Below are positions 63,701 through 64,000 of a stretch of DNA of 64,000 bases, in pieces. Below the pieces are notes generated by a model that worked only from the letters and a program-made list of their open reading frames with translations, made no database searches and was not told the DNA's origin. The stretch's first letter is position 1; each line of letters starts with the position of its first letter. Source of the stretch: Tubiluchus corallicola. Lineage: Eukaryota > Animalia > Priapulida. The DNA lies in assembly GCA_030141605.1 (NCBI GenBank), contig JAQGDQ010000028.1, forward strand, positions 62,001 to 126,000, in the 5' to 3' direction. The position numbers and the translations under genes were made by a program.

Positions 63701-64000
63701 TCTCCCTCATTCCTAAGACCTTAACCAACACAAATAAACGCCATATGTTATTTTTCGTTTCAACAAACTTCATCATATTGCTAAGAAGAATGTTATAACC
63801 GGGTGCATCGCTAAACTTATTTCCGGTTGGGATAATTTCTTCCTGCAAATCTTCGCAGGACTTGATTAATGGTTTGATGTTTACCTACATCCGCCCTCTA
63901 AAGTCATAAACGCTACATAAGTAGTTCGTGTCCTTAATCCTTGTGCGATTGAATCCGCGGCCATATCTATCCGGTGTGATTGAATCCGTCGCTATCTTTG

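Noticed and set aside
59108-64000. PACS exon 3 (expected GSKR.LRS.E motif)
   Set aside because: No matching frame was found in the remaining sequence; it is probably beyond the window.

Overview
AT-rich, intron-rich genomic DNA from an invertebrate-type animal (inferred from spliceosomal introns, SINE/LINE/MITE debris and metazoan orthologues). Four host genes can be spliced by hand. (1) The 5' seven coding exons of a TRIP11/GMAP-210 golgin on the minus strand (ATG 32102, last visible exon 14190-14096; the gene probably continues past the window start). (2) A class A GPCR with an intronless CDS (9009-10103, +), apparently nested antisense in a TRIP11 intron. (3) A complete 8-exon YIF1 gene (+, 32349-44745, 348 aa), head-to-head with TRIP11 with only 246 bp between the start codons, and using a GC-AG intron. 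(4) The first two exons of PACS (+, 47212-47321 and 59020-59107). The most striking object is a young ~6 kb LTR retroelement (32572-38559) in YIF1 intron 1. It has identical 206-bp LTRs with non-canonical CG...CG termini, no perfect conventional 4-6 bp TSD outside those termini, an LADD reverse transcriptase active site, an atypical Gag zinc knuckle, and a single gag-pol ORF broken by two 1-nt indels. All calls were read from the sequence by eye; no database searches were run.
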